Positions 1-8,930 of a stretch of DNA of 64,000 bases are shown one piece after another (the first letter of the stretch is position 1; every line of letters begins with the position of its first letter). Location: the IMG/VR virus record IMGVR_UViG_3300045988_116799, positions 1 to 64,000 of that record; one strand, 5' to 3'. Below the pieces are notes generated by a model. The model saw nothing but the letters and a program-made list of their open reading frames with translations. It searched no databases and was not told the DNA's origin. Source of the DNA: a virus. The translations under genes and the position numbers were made by a program.

Positions 1-2
1 GC

Positions 3-506
3 TCTGGCTCTGGCTCTGGCTATGGCGATGGCTCTGGCGTAAAAGAAATAAACGGCAATACTGTTTATATGGTAGACGATGTGCCGACAATCATCAAGTC
101 CGTTCGTGGCAACATTGCACAGGGTTATATCTTGCAAAGTGATTTGACTCAGAAGCCATGCTATATTGTCAAGGAGCAGAATAAGTTCGCCCACGGCAGC
201 ACCCTACATGACGCTTTTTCTTCCCTGCAAGAGAAGCTATATGACGGCAGCACCGAAGAAGAGCGCATCGAGGCATTCCGTAAGAAATTCCCCGAGTATG
301 ACACGCCTTATCCAAATCGTGACCTCTTCGCTTATCATCATGTGCTTACAGGTTCATGCCGAATGGGACGTGAGAGCTTCTGTGAAGACAAAGGCATCAG
401 CCTCGATGGTAGCACTACAGTTCGTAAGTTTGTCAAGTTGACAAAGGACAGCTACGGAGGTGATATAATTCGCAAGTTGCCCGAAGTTTACGGTGTAACA
501 GAGTAA
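3..506 (+). CDS. hypothetical protein, 5' end outside window; Gly/Ser/Tyr/Asp repeat followed by a globular C-terminal part
   Basis: Frame 3 is open from nt 3 (SGSGSGYGDGSGVKEINGNTVY...) and runs without a stop into the listed 69..506 ORF, so the listed Met is internal. Confidence 0.55.
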   Translation, partial: SGSGSGYGDGSGVKEINGNTVYMVDDVPTIIKSVRGNIAQGYILQSDLTQKPCYIVKEQNKFAHGSTLHDAFSSLQEKLYDGSTEEERIEAFRKKFPEYDTPYPNRDLFAYHHVLTGSCRMGRESFCEDKGISLDGSTTVRKFVKLTKDSYGGDIIRKLPEVYGVTE

Positions 507-512
507 TCATTC

Positions 513-534
513 CTCTCCCTGGCAGCAGGGAGAG
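513..534 (+). terminator. stem-loop after the first gene
   Basis: ctctccctg / cagggagag, 9-bp stem with 4-nt loop, 7 nt after the stop; no clear U tract. Confidence 0.4.
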
Positions 535-550
535 ATAAAACAATAAGAAT

Positions 551-718
551 ATGGACATTAATATATCACAATGCAACAAAGAAACAATGATTAATGGTTT
601 CGCAGCAAGAAAGCATGATGTAGCAACTCTGAAAGAAGCATTGCAAATAGCAAGAGCTGCTATAAAAGACATCCAAAAAGATTTATGTAGAAGAAATCGG
701 AGGGTTTATAATGTGTAG
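551..718 (+). CDS. small hypothetical protein (55 aa)
   Basis: ATG frame MDINISQCNKETMINGF..., below the 60-aa track cutoff; its end overlaps the next ATG at 711; coding status unproven. Confidence 0.25.
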   Translation: MDINISQCNKETMINGFAARKHDVATLKEALQIARAAIKDIQKDLCRRNRRVYNV

Positions 719-857
719 GATAACAGCAATTAATATAATTATTAATAAGAAAAATCAACTAAATAGATATAAAGAGTTAAATCTTACTACTGTTGGTATT
801 GAGGATGTTCTTATGTGGTTAGATAATATTCAAAAAGAATTGGAGGAAGAACAATGA
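711..857 (+). CDS. small hypothetical protein (48 aa)
   Basis: ATG frame MCRITAINIIINKKNQLNRYKEL...; its TGA overlaps another ATG at 854 (ATGA); coding status unproven. Confidence 0.25.
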   Translation: MCRITAINIIINKKNQLNRYKELNLTTVGIEDVLMWLDNIQKELEEEQ

Positions 858-1343
858 GCAAAGGAAAAGGATGTGTCTCCTGGAACACATCCCCGAAAGA
901 ACAAGCGTAATACTTACGCTGTTACATAGCGTAATGGAAGTACTTGCCATTCTTAGGGTAGATAATCTTACCTGCCTTGCGAATGTATCGGCAAAACACT
1001 TCCTTCATGTTACTTTCTTGCAAATTAGAATCTTTCATGAGGCAACAACCTCCTTTCTGGCATTTATACTCTTCAGCGAAATTGCTTGGAGTACTTTGCA
1101 TGGAGCCACCATACAAAGAAAAACCCCAGCACAGGACTGGGGGAAATGTCTTAGAGCTGGAGGGCTGGAAGGACTTTTTTCTTGGCTGTTTCGCCAGAGG
1201 TTGTTAACCTCGATTCTAATTTGCGCTACAAAGTTAATCATTTATATGATTATATAAACAGTAACAAAGTTAATGAAGTTTAAATAGAATCTAATTTAGG
1301 TTACTATAAAATAGTATATAAATTTAAAGTACATATTTTTATT

Positions 1344-1697
1344 ATGAACAGACAACAAGCGAAAGACCTTCTGCCTATTATACAGGGATATGTTGACGGT
1401 AAAAAGATAGAGAAACGGCCAAAAGGTAGGTACGATGTAGAGTGGCAAGAAACAGTCCTTCCTGCATTCAATCCTCATACATGCGACTATCGCATCAAGC
1501 CAGAACCCAAGTATCGCCCTTTCGCCAATGCTGAAGAGTGCTGGCAAGAAATGCTCAAGCATCAACCGTTCGGGTGGGTTAAAACAGACGAGGGGTATGA
1601 ACAAATTTGGCATGCAAATAAAGGTGACGATTTCAATGCAACATTAAAAACTTGCACATTCGCCGACGGCACGCCCTTTGGCATAAAGGAGGAATAA
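1344..1697 (+). CDS. hypothetical protein
   Basis: ORF track, ATG start, 3-nt gap to the next gene; no family recognised. Confidence 0.6.
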   Translation: MNRQQAKDLLPIIQGYVDGKKIEKRPKGRYDVEWQETVLPAFNPHTCDYRIKPEPKYRPFANAEECWQEMLKHQPFGWVKTDEGYEQIWHANKGDDFNATLKTCTFADGTPFGIKEE

Positions 1698-1700
1698 ACA

Positions 1701-2153
1701 ATGAGAACAATCAAATTTCGTGGCAAAGATGTCTTCACGGACGCTTGGAGATACGGTGACTTAGTTCACAATCAAAGGGTCACAACAACTGGCTTAGTAC
1801 CTCGCACTAAGGTTGGTGGGTATGAAGTAAATCCCGAGACTGTTGGACAGTTCACTGGCTTCAAGGACAATAACGGTAAAGAGATATACGAGGGCGATGT
1901 ACTACGGTCTGATAAATATCCGTTCAGTTGTATCGAAGCCAATGAGTATGACAATTATTACGGCACAATAGGCTGGGACGAAAAAGAAGCATCTTTCTAC
2001 ATCATGGCCGTCAAGAACCCCAAGTCGTCCGTGCGCGGCATATCCGATGGCATCTGCGACACCATAAAGCAAAGAACCTTACAATACTGCGAGGTGGTAG
2101 GCTCCATCCACGATAAGGAATGGCAGGAGAAATTTAAACTCAAAACCGAATAG
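1701..2153 (+). CDS. YopX-like phage protein
   Basis: MRTIKFRGKD...TVGQFTGFKDNNGKEIYEGDVL matches the N-terminal pattern I recall for the YopX family. Confidence 0.75.
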   Translation: MRTIKFRGKDVFTDAWRYGDLVHNQRVTTTGLVPRTKVGGYEVNPETVGQFTGFKDNNGKEIYEGDVLRSDKYPFSCIEANEYDNYYGTIGWDEKEASFYIMAVKNPKSSVRGISDGICDTIKQRTLQYCEVVGSIHDKEWQEKFKLKTE

Positions 2154-2157
2154 CCTT

Positions 2158-2358
2158 ATGAAGCACCGCATTCTGAAGAAATTCGTTAAAGCCTACCGCC
2201 CTTATGGTCTCAGTCGCGAAGGCGTTCTTCTCGGCATGAAAGAGGAAGGGCATGGTAAGTACTGGCATCGTGGTTCTATTGTCAGATGGTGGACTCACGA
2301 AAGGCATAAACAGAAAAAGCATGTAAGGAAGCATCCTGAATGTGTAATTTGGATTTAA
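2158..2358 (+). CDS. small basic hypothetical protein
   Basis: ORF track, 66 aa, Lys/Arg/His-rich, 4 nt after the previous stop. Confidence 0.45.
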   Translation: MKHRILKKFVKAYRPYGLSREGVLLGMKEEGHGKYWHRGSIVRWWTHERHKQKKHVRKHPECVIWI

Positions 2359-2383
2359 CAACAATCATAAAGAATTTTAAAAC

Positions 2384-2554
2384 ATGGATATAATAGAACT
2401 GGGTTTATTTGAACGTCTTATCAATGCCGTCAAGAACAAATGCACAAGAACAGCGCGTGCAAGAATACGCGACATTGCAAATTATCGAGAGCAAACGAGA
2501 GGAGTAAGCAATATCATAACTAAACATGAACTTACTCAAAAGTATTTAGTATAA
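2384..2554 (+). CDS. small hypothetical protein (56 aa)
   Basis: ATG frame MDIIELGLFERLINAVKNKCTRTARARIRDIANYRE..., below the track cutoff; ends just before a strong terminator. Confidence 0.35.
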   Translation: MDIIELGLFERLINAVKNKCTRTARARIRDIANYREQTRGVSNIITKHELTQKYLV

Positions 2555-2560
2555 CTAATA

Positions 2561-2590
2561 AAATAAGGTGTGGACTAACACACCTTATTT
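2561..2590. terminator. bidirectional stem-loop between convergent genes
   Basis: aaataaggtgtg / cacaccttattt, 12-bp stem with 6-nt loop, A/T runs on both sides; overlaps the integrase stop. Confidence 0.6.
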
Positions 2591-3760
2591 TATATTATAT
2601 AAGACATAATCTATTACTTTACGATTAGCTTCATCAACCTTGTTTAAATCTTTCTTTATATATATTTCCGTGATACGATGTGCTGATTTGTGCCCTAAGC
2701 AATCAGCAATAGTATCTGTTGGTATTCCTATTTCATAGGCTATTGTTGCAAATGTATGTCTTGCCCAATAAGAACTTATGTTAGGTAACCCTATATCTGC
2801 ACAGATTTTGGTTAAGTTATCGTTAAGTGCGACTTCGTAATACCTGTAAGATACGATATTGTCGAAGACCTTCAGTAAATGCTCTTTGCCTCTATATCTT
2901 TCAATAATGGACATTGCTTCAGGCTCTACTCTTATATCATACAAAGTTCCTGTCTTAGCTCTTCGGTATGTAACTCTTCCGTTTTCTATCTTTGTCAATC
3001 GCGAAAGGTCTATCATATTAATACCCATAAGGAAAAACATAAGAAAAAACACATCTCTATGCTTACTTCTGATTTTTGTTAATTTGGCGTGATATAAAGT
3101 GCGCAACTGTTCAACAGTCAAAGACCTCTTCACTGTCTCTTCTGTCTTAATGCGATACATACTGAAAACATACTCTTTCGTAACACCTCTTTTACGGGCA
3201 AAATTCAATACCGCTCTTATACACCTAAGATGTATTGCTATAGAGTTTGTGCGGTTGTGTTCTTTCCTTAATTTTTCAACATATCCATTCAACCAATCAA
3301 TATCTATTTCTTCAATACTAAGACTGTCAAAATCACAGTACTCTTTGATTCTATTCATTGTAATTCTATAGAGATTTATAGTAGTTTCGTTACTTTTGGT
3401 AGCAATGAAATCTTCGTATTGCGTTTTCAGCAATTTTTGGATGTTTTCTTCTTCTGATTCTTGATTGGTTAAATATTGTACGAGTTTCTTGTTGGAGTAA
3501 AAACGAAGCTTTCCTTCATTTTGTAACTCCATAATCTTGTCGTTAAGCAAAGCTATCTGTTTGCCTAATTTAATATTAATAATACGCCTGTCTGTGTGAT
3601 TTTTGACTTTCTCGTTGCTTTCATCCCATTCTTCAGCTTTTAATTCATACCCAGTAGGTATGTATACAGCACTGTCCTTCCGGGCAATTTTATATTTCAA
3701 CGGGTACTTGCCATTTTTCAATTTTCTTCGTTTATCCAACTTTATTGAAACCTTAATCAT
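2585..3760 (-). CDS. int: tyrosine recombinase (phage integrase)
   Basis: C-terminal ARHTFAT, LGHKS and ITEIYIKKD contexts fit the R-H-R-Y catalytic set. The N-terminal KVSIKLDKRRKLKNGKYPLKYKI looks like an arm-binding domain. Start moved to Met28 (ATG 3758-3760, preceded by aaggaga); the ORF as listed runs to 3841. Confidence 0.9.
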   Translation of the reverse strand: MIKVSIKLDKRRKLKNGKYPLKYKIARKDSAVYIPTGYELKAEEWDESNEKVKNHTDRRIINIKLGKQIALLNDKIMELQNEGKLRFYSNKKLVQYLTNQESEEENIQKLLKTQYEDFIATKSNETTINLYRITMNRIKEYCDFDSLSIEEIDIDWLNGYVEKLRKEHNRTNSIAIHLRCIRAVLNFARKRGVTKEYVFSMYRIKTEETVKRSLTVEQLRTLYHAKLTKIRSKHRDVFFLMFFLMGINMIDLSRLTKIENGRVTYRRAKTGTLYDIRVEPEAMSIIERYRGKEHLLKVFDNIVSYRYYEVALNDNLTKICADIGLPNISSYWARHTFATIAYEIGIPTDTIADCLGHKSAHRITEIYIKKDLNKVDEANRKVIDYVLYNIK

Positions 3761-3782
3761 AAAATGTATCTCCTTTATTTGT

Positions 3783-3805
3783 TTGCACGCTTTTTGCACG
3801 TTTTG
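3783..3805 (+). repeat. 23-nt direct repeat, copy 1 (TTGCACGcTTTTTGCACGTTTTG)
   Basis: Matches 3992..4014 at 22 of 23 positions; each copy contains two TGCACG units 11 nt apart. Confidence 0.6.
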
Positions 3806-3864
3806 AGATAAAGAATGTGCATAATTGCGTTGGTTTGACAATCGTTCATAAGTAAATACTATCG

Positions 3865-3872
3865 CAAAGATA
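3865..3872 (-). promoter_or_regulatory. candidate -7 promoter box TATCTTTG for int
   Basis: The reverse complement of caaagata fits the Bacteroides TAnnTTTG consensus, upstream of int. Confidence 0.35.
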
Positions 3873-3991
3873 GCTTTTTTTAGCGATATTACAATGTTTC
3901 TTTCTTTTGTATGCTCTTATTTAAGAAATAACTGCATATAATTTCTTTTTACGTTAAATATCAGTGTATTACAAATACTCTTTTTTATGCC

Positions 3992-4014
3992 TTGCACGTT
4001 TTTTGCACGTTTTG
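3992..4014 (+). repeat. 23-nt direct repeat, copy 2 (TTGCACGtTTTTTGCACGTTTTG)
   Basis: See 3783..3805; lies just downstream of the repressor stop. Confidence 0.6.
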
Positions 4015-4026
4015 CTGTTTAGAAAG

Positions 4027-4653
4027 CTACTTAACGGTAATACAGCAGCGTACCCTATACCAACCTCTGACCTCTGATGTATTCACTATAAAGTCCGCAA
4101 AGTTCGGATTAACAGAACGGCATATGATTTTTGTGTCATCGTCTTTGACGGGCAAGACATTTTTTACAATCGCTCCGTTTTCCGTGTCCAACACATAAGT
4201 GCAACCCCATTCTATGAATGATTGTTCGTTGACACGCTGAACGAATACTTTAGAGCCATTCGGATATTCTGGCGACATGCTGTCTCCGTTTACCGTTATT
4301 GCAAGACTAACATCTCGAACCGGGCAAATGATTTTTTCGCATTCATAATTCTCTACCTGACTTTCAAAGTTATCTGGAGCTCCCCCCTGCGCTGCTATGG
4401 GTAACAACGGCACGAGGTAATTGTCTATATTGACACAATTCTCTTTATCTCGTAACATTTCCCCTTTACCTGTGGCAAGCCAATCTACGTTTATTTCAGG
4501 GTACAGGTCTTCTATAACTTTCGCAACTTTGCGTGAAATGGTTGTCGTGTTGTAGAAATGTCCTGCACTCAATCCTAGTGTTTCTTGCCATCTGACCAAA
4601 GACATTTTGTAATGTCTCGCTGCACTCTGCGCTCTATCCTTAAGCAAACTCAT
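4027..4653 (-). CDS. CI/LexA-like repressor (HTH plus S24 peptidase domain)
   Basis: VNGDSMSPEYPNGSKVFV (GDSM serine motif) with a downstream Lys region; N-terminal HTH-like segment; sits between int and the divergent early operon. Confidence 0.85.
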   Translation of the reverse strand: MSLLKDRAQSAARHYKMSLVRWQETLGLSAGHFYNTTTISRKVAKVIEDLYPEINVDWLATGKGEMLRDKENCVNIDNYLVPLLPIAAQGGAPDNFESQVENYECEKIICPVRDVSLAITVNGDSMSPEYPNGSKVFVQRVNEQSFIEWGCTYVLDTENGAIVKNVLPVKDDDTKIICRSVNPNFADFIVNTSEVRGWYRVRCCITVK

Positions 4654-4676
4654 AATATATTAATTTGTATTAAAAT

Positions 4677-4693
4677 ACTAATAGAAAATTAGT
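4677..4693. promoter_or_regulatory. inverted repeat ACTAAT-N5-ATTAGT (candidate operator)
   Basis: Perfect 6-bp arms; the left arm is part of the ACTAATAGAAA motif that recurs at four other promoter regions. Confidence 0.4.
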
Positions 4694-4712
4694 GTAACTA
4701 AAAAATTATTAT

Positions 4713-4720
4713 TAACTTTG
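4713..4720 (+). promoter_or_regulatory. -7 box TAACTTTG of the rightward early promoter
   Basis: Fits TAnnTTTG; part of TTATTAACTTTGTGGTG, repeated at 48.4 and 55.7 kb. Confidence 0.5.
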
Positions 4721-4722
4721 TG

Positions 4723-4750
4723 GTGTGAAAAATCATATATTACTTCACAC
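4723..4750. promoter_or_regulatory. inverted repeat GTGTGAA-N14-TTCACAC (candidate operator)
   Basis: Perfect 7-bp arms lying between the two facing -7 boxes. Confidence 0.45.
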
Positions 4751-4752
4751 AA

Positions 4753-4760
4753 CAAAGGTA
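4753..4760 (-). promoter_or_regulatory. -7 box TACCTTTG of the leftward (repressor) promoter
   Basis: The reverse complement of caaaggta fits TAnnTTTG, about 100 nt upstream of the repressor ATG. Confidence 0.4.
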
Positions 4761-4801
4761 TTAATAATATATTAATTTATATATAAATGTATAGTTAAAT
4801 A

Positions 4802-4981
4802 ATGGTAATAGGACAAAAATCCAAAGAGCGAGCAATCTGCGATAAGGTAGATGCTTATTTACGGCAAGGCTTTAAGAAATCAGAGGCTGTGCGGAAGACA
4901 AAGGATGATTTCATGTACGCAACCGAGGCTGCAATATATGGCATATTGCGTCGTAACAAAGAGAAAATCAATGACAAATGA
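4802..4981 (+). CDS. small protein (59 aa) in the Cro-like position
   Basis: ATG frame MVIGQKSKERAICDKVDAYLRQGFKKSEAVRKTKDDF...; first gene after the early promoter; its stop overlaps the next ATG. Confidence 0.4.
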   Translation: MVIGQKSKERAICDKVDAYLRQGFKKSEAVRKTKDDFMYATEAAIYGILRRNKEKINDK

Positions 4982-5168
4982 AAAACCCGATGTTGTACCT
5001 AAGGGGCGATATACCTTTAAGGAAGCAGCTCAAAAACTAGATATTAGTATCACAACAATATATAGATACGTATCGAGTAATATTATTAATTGTCTCACAC
5101 GTTCTAATGGGCAGCGTGTTATATTAGGTTCTGAGATTACACGTTTTTGGGGCGGTGAATACATCTAA
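4971..5168 (+). CDS. MerR/excisionase-type HTH protein
   Basis: MTNEKPDVVPKGRYTFKEAAQKLDISITTIYRYVSS. The internal Met of ORF 4851..5168 was chosen because the upstream part looks non-protein-like. Confidence 0.6.
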   Translation: MTNEKPDVVPKGRYTFKEAAQKLDISITTIYRYVSSNIINCLTRSNGQRVILGSEITRFWGGEYI

Positions 5169-5179
5169 ATCGCAGAAAA

Positions 5180-5548
5180 ATGGAAAAGGAGATACAACAA
5201 GCGATAGATTTGCTAATTGCGAATGGTTACGAGGTTACGCCTCCACAAACAGACATCGAAATAAATGAGGAGTTTGAGCGTTGGTGGAACATGTACAACA
5301 AAAAGCGTGGAAGAGAGAAATGTCTGAAACGATGGTTGTGCCTATCTAAAAAGGATAGGACGGCTTGTATAAATGCTACACCAGCTTATGTTCGTTCTAT
5401 CACGGTCAAGCGATATCAAAAAGACCCGTTTACGTACTTGAACCAACGTGGATGGGAAGACGAAATAATAGATGAATATGAAGAATCTGCAAACCGTACA
5501 GCTATCGAATTCGCAACGAGAGCAGCAAACATCTTTAACTCTAAGTAG
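5180..5548 (+). CDS. hypothetical protein
   Basis: ORF track, ATG start, protein-like composition. Confidence 0.6.
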   Translation: MEKEIQQAIDLLIANGYEVTPPQTDIEINEEFERWWNMYNKKRGREKCLKRWLCLSKKDRTACINATPAYVRSITVKRYQKDPFTYLNQRGWEDEIIDEYEESANRTAIEFATRAANIFNSK

Positions 5549-6137
5549 AAATCTTAGTAGAATTCTGTCTAAATACCCATTGATTAGTCAACGGGAGAAC
5601 ACAATACCTTCTTTGTACGAAGCCGTTACAGCGAGCCATTGGGATTTGTATTCAATCGACAAGGAACTTAACGACAAAGTAACAGTTCAGTGGATAAAAG
5701 GACAGCTTATAGATGTCTTAAGATTTTGTGGTGCTTTCGATGATGTTGAGGACTTCCAAATAATAGTTACTGCGAAACAGATTCGTAGCGATTATTACTA
5801 TCTGACGTTGCCAGAGCTTACGTTCTTCTTTGAGAAATTTATTAAAGGAAAATTTGGCAAGTTGTACGCAGGAAAAAAGGTCAATTGTCAGATATTCTTA
5901 CAAGCAATAAGCAATTTTGAAAATGAAGTAATAAACAAAAGAGCCAAGGTGCAAGAGGAATATGAACAACAAAGGAAACAACGTGAGAAAGAAACCGTTC
6001 GAAATGGTAAAACAGGTATTGACGGATGGCGTGAATATTGCCAAACTCACGGTATAAAAGGTCAGCCTTTACCGATGCAAGATTTCCTCAGAGAAATGAA
6101 AAAGAAGAGTTTAATGTCAAAAATGTTACAACAATGA
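5472..6137 (+). CDS. hypothetical protein (start uncertain)
   Basis: ORF track. The first ~25 codons overlap the previous gene and look like out-of-frame sequence; an in-frame TTG at 5580 is an alternative start. Confidence 0.55.
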   Translation: MNMKNLQTVQLSNSQREQQTSLTLSRNLSRILSKYPLISQRENTIPSLYEAVTASHWDLYSIDKELNDKVTVQWIKGQLIDVLRFCGAFDDVEDFQIIVTAKQIRSDYYYLTLPELTFFFEKFIKGKFGKLYAGKKVNCQIFLQAISNFENEVINKRAKVQEEYEQQRKQREKETVRNGKTGIDGWREYCQTHGIKGQPLPMQDFLREMKKKSLMSKMLQQ

Positions 6138-8062
6138 AAATTGAACTAAAAACAATGACCCTCCAAAACTTTAAAAAAGTACGGAGTAAAACGATTGATT
6201 TTTCGCACAATGTAATTATTAGTGGCGGAAACGAAGTAGGCAAAACTACAATATACGATGCCTATCTGTGGTGTCTATTCGGTGTGACAAGTCGCCCTGA
6301 TACGACTGTGCAAACATTGGATGCGAACAACAATGTAGCACGTAAATTAGTAACATCTGTAACGCTTGTTATTAATTACAATGACGAGCGAGACATTAAA
6401 ATAGAACGTCGCTTGACAGAACGCTATAAAGCCGAGAATACTGTAGAAGAAAAGTTTCTTGGCACAACACAGGCTCGTCTTGTTGATGATGTTCCGTATT
6501 CCGTTACGGCTTTCAAGGAAAAACTGAACTCGTTATGTAACTATGACGATTGGTTCTTACTTTCTAATATCAATTTGTTTTGGGCATATAAGGTTGACGA
6601 ACGCAGAAAAATACTTATGTCTTTAGCTGGTGAAATCAACGAAGCGGAAATAATGAATGATTATCCGGCTGTGTACAATGCTGTAATGGTAGAAAAGAAA
6701 GATTTGTCGGAACTACTTATACAACAGAAGTCAACACGAAAGAAGGCTAATGACGAACTGCAAACAATACCAGCTAAAGTACAAGCACAAGATGCATTGA
6801 AGACGAATGAAGATTTTAATGCCATTGAAATCGAAATAAAAGACGTTGATGCACAAATAGTTTCTGTTGACGCTGCTCTACAAGGAATTGTAACAAATAC
6901 TCCTGAACAGCAGAAGTTTGAAGAAAAATTATCTCTTGAAACAAGTAATTATAACAAAATTCGTGAGGAGTGGCAAAAAGAACATTTTAATAAAGTAAAT
7001 GATGCGTTTAAGGATGTTACTGACGCATCTGATACTTTGCAAAAAACAAGAAAGTCACAAAAAGAGCATTCTGATGCTTATGTGCAAAACAAGACAAAAG
7101 TGGCGGAATTGACAGTGGAGTTTAATAAGTTAATGCAACAATGGAAAAATGTTAACGAAAAGGAATTTAACTTTACCCAAACAGATGTATGTCCCGTTTG
7201 TGGTCGTCCTTATACGGACGCAATGAAAGAACAAGAATATGAAAATGCCGTTAATGAGTTCAATACTCACAAGGCAAGTCAATTGTCGGATATTCAGAAT
7301 AAAGCGGCAGAAAGGAACGAACAGCTAACGGTGCTCAAGGGACTTGTAAATACTTACGAACAAGTAACATCCGTAAGTGACAAGCAGACTCTGAAAACAA
7401 ACGAAGAAGCGTATGATACCCTTGTCAAAAAGCGTTCCGAGATACAATCAGAAACTTGGGAATCAAGTAATGAAAAAGCAAAGGCAGATGCGTCACTGCA
7501 AGCTTTTATGAAAACCAAGCCTGTAATCGCTACAAATACAACACAAGAAGAAAATAAACTCAAGAAGAAAGAGCTTACAAAAAAACGCGATGGTTTGATA
7601 AAACGTTTGTCTGCTCGTGATACTAACGAACGTATAGAGAAAGAGAAAACAAAACTCGACAAACGTTCTCGAGAACTTGCTCAAATAGTGGCGGATTGTA
7701 ACGAAATAATCCGCCAGATAAAAGAATACAAAAAGGCTAAGATAACAGTCGTTGAGAGCAAGGTTAATTCTCTTTTCTCTCTTATTCGTTGGAAATTCTA
7801 CGAACAGAACATAACGAATGATGACGAAAAAGACGTATGTACAGCGGTCGGATTAAATGGTGTTGATTACAACAATACTAACGATGGAACCGTTATTAAT
7901 ATGGGCATAGATATTATTAACGGCATCAGCAAAGCGAAAGATATGTACGTACCTCTTTTCGTAGACCGCAAAGAATCTGTAGAACACGCATTGCCGTCAA
8001 CGCAACAGACTATTTATCTACAATGCATATATAACGAACCTTTTAAAGTAGAAACAATTTAA
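6134..8062 (+). CDS. AAA/SMC-like ATPase (SbcC/Rad50-like)
   Basis: Walker A GGNEVGKTT near Met (MKIELKTMTLQNFKK); long coiled-coil centre with CPVCGRPY (CxxC hook-like); ATGA overlap with the upstream gene. Confidence 0.8.
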   Translation: MKIELKTMTLQNFKKVRSKTIDFSHNVIISGGNEVGKTTIYDAYLWCLFGVTSRPDTTVQTLDANNNVARKLVTSVTLVINYNDERDIKIERRLTERYKAENTVEEKFLGTTQARLVDDVPYSVTAFKEKLNSLCNYDDWFLLSNINLFWAYKVDERRKILMSLAGEINEAEIMNDYPAVYNAVMVEKKDLSELLIQQKSTRKKANDELQTIPAKVQAQDALKTNEDFNAIEIEIKDVDAQIVSVDAALQGIVTNTPEQQKFEEKLSLETSNYNKIREEWQKEHFNKVNDAFKDVTDASDTLQKTRKSQKEHSDAYVQNKTKVAELTVEFNKLMQQWKNVNEKEFNFTQTDVCPVCGRPYTDAMKEQEYENAVNEFNTHKASQLSDIQNKAAERNEQLTVLKGLVNTYEQVTSVSDKQTLKTNEEAYDTLVKKRSEIQSETWESSNEKAKADASLQAFMKTKPVIATNTTQEENKLKKKELTKKRDGLIKRLSARDTNERIEKEKTKLDKRSRELAQIVADCNEIIRQIKEYKKAKITVVESKVNSLFSLIRWKFYEQNITNDDEKDVCTAVGLNGVDYNNTNDGTVINMGIDIINGISKAKDMYVPLFVDRKESVEHALPSTQQTIYLQCIYNEPFKVETI

Positions 8063-8073
8063 AATATACAACT

Positions 8074-8898
8074 ATGGACAACAAAACAGGTATTACAGTC
8101 ACTCAGTCAACAGCAACAGCTACACCCCTTAATATGTTTGCGAACCAAGAAAGTTTTAATACAGGTTATAAGATGGCGCAGATTTTGTCGGCTTCGACAA
8201 TTGTGCCTAAAACCTTTCAGGGCAATATTGGTAACACAATGATTGCAATAGACATGGCTCAGAGATTGCACACGAATCCACTCATGCTAATGCAGAATAT
8301 ATATATCGTCTACGGAATGCCATCTTTCTCGGCTAAGTTCCTTATTGCATGCATCAACGCAAGCGGTCTTTTTGCCACGCCGCTAAAATATGAATTTGTT
8401 GGCGAAGAAGGTAAAGACACCTGGGGGTGTTATGCTTATGCGATTGACAAACAGGGTGAACTTATAAAAGGGTCTACCATAACCATCGATATCGCAAAGA
8501 AAAAAGGTTGGTATCAGAAAGATGGTAGCAACTGGAAAGTTGAACCTGAGCAGATGCTTCGTTACCGCGCCGCTACTCGTTTTCAGACAGCACATTGTCC
8601 AGAAATCACTTGTGGTCTCGCTGTTAAAGAAGAACTGGAAGATGTCGAATATACAGAAATTACAGAAGACAACGTAGACCAGCTTTCCGCAGAGGAGAAG
8701 CTCACACAGGCTCAGGAAAAAGAACAAAAAGAGGCTAATACTCAGTCTCTAAACTTGAATACAGGTAGCACAACATCAGAAGAAACACAGACTATCCCCA
8801 ATAAACCTCAAAGTCAAGCCGCCACAGTTACGTCTTCTTCAAGCAAACCACAGCCAATGGGCAAGCAGGAAATGCCCGACATGTTTAAACAGTCATAA
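8074..8898 (+). CDS. RecT-like single-strand annealing protein
   Basis: The pattern STIVPKTFQGN...NPLMLMQNIYIVYGMPSFSAKFLIACINASG...MLRYRAATRF resembles RecT as I recall it. The context (ATPase plus MBL nuclease-like gene) fits. Confidence 0.55.
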   Translation: MDNKTGITVTQSTATATPLNMFANQESFNTGYKMAQILSASTIVPKTFQGNIGNTMIAIDMAQRLHTNPLMLMQNIYIVYGMPSFSAKFLIACINASGLFATPLKYEFVGEEGKDTWGCYAYAIDKQGELIKGSTITIDIAKKKGWYQKDGSNWKVEPEQMLRYRAATRFQTAHCPEITCGLAVKEELEDVEYTEITEDNVDQLSAEEKLTQAQEKEQKEANTQSLNLNTGSTTSEETQTIPNKPQSQAATVTSSSSKPQPMGKQEMPDMFKQS

Positions 8899-8930
8899 CG
8901 CTTCATTTCTTCAATAATAAAACAGAGTAG

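Noticed and set aside
2555-2590. A tRNA gene or attachment site at the 3' end of int
   Set aside because: Only a terminator hairpin is visible and no tRNA-like sequence was recognised. An att location here cannot be excluded, but nothing in the window supports it.
3761-3841. The N-terminal 27 codons of the listed integrase ORF
   Set aside because: They overlap the TTGCACG repeat and read poorly. Met28 has a purine-rich upstream context and begins the recognisable arm-binding domain.
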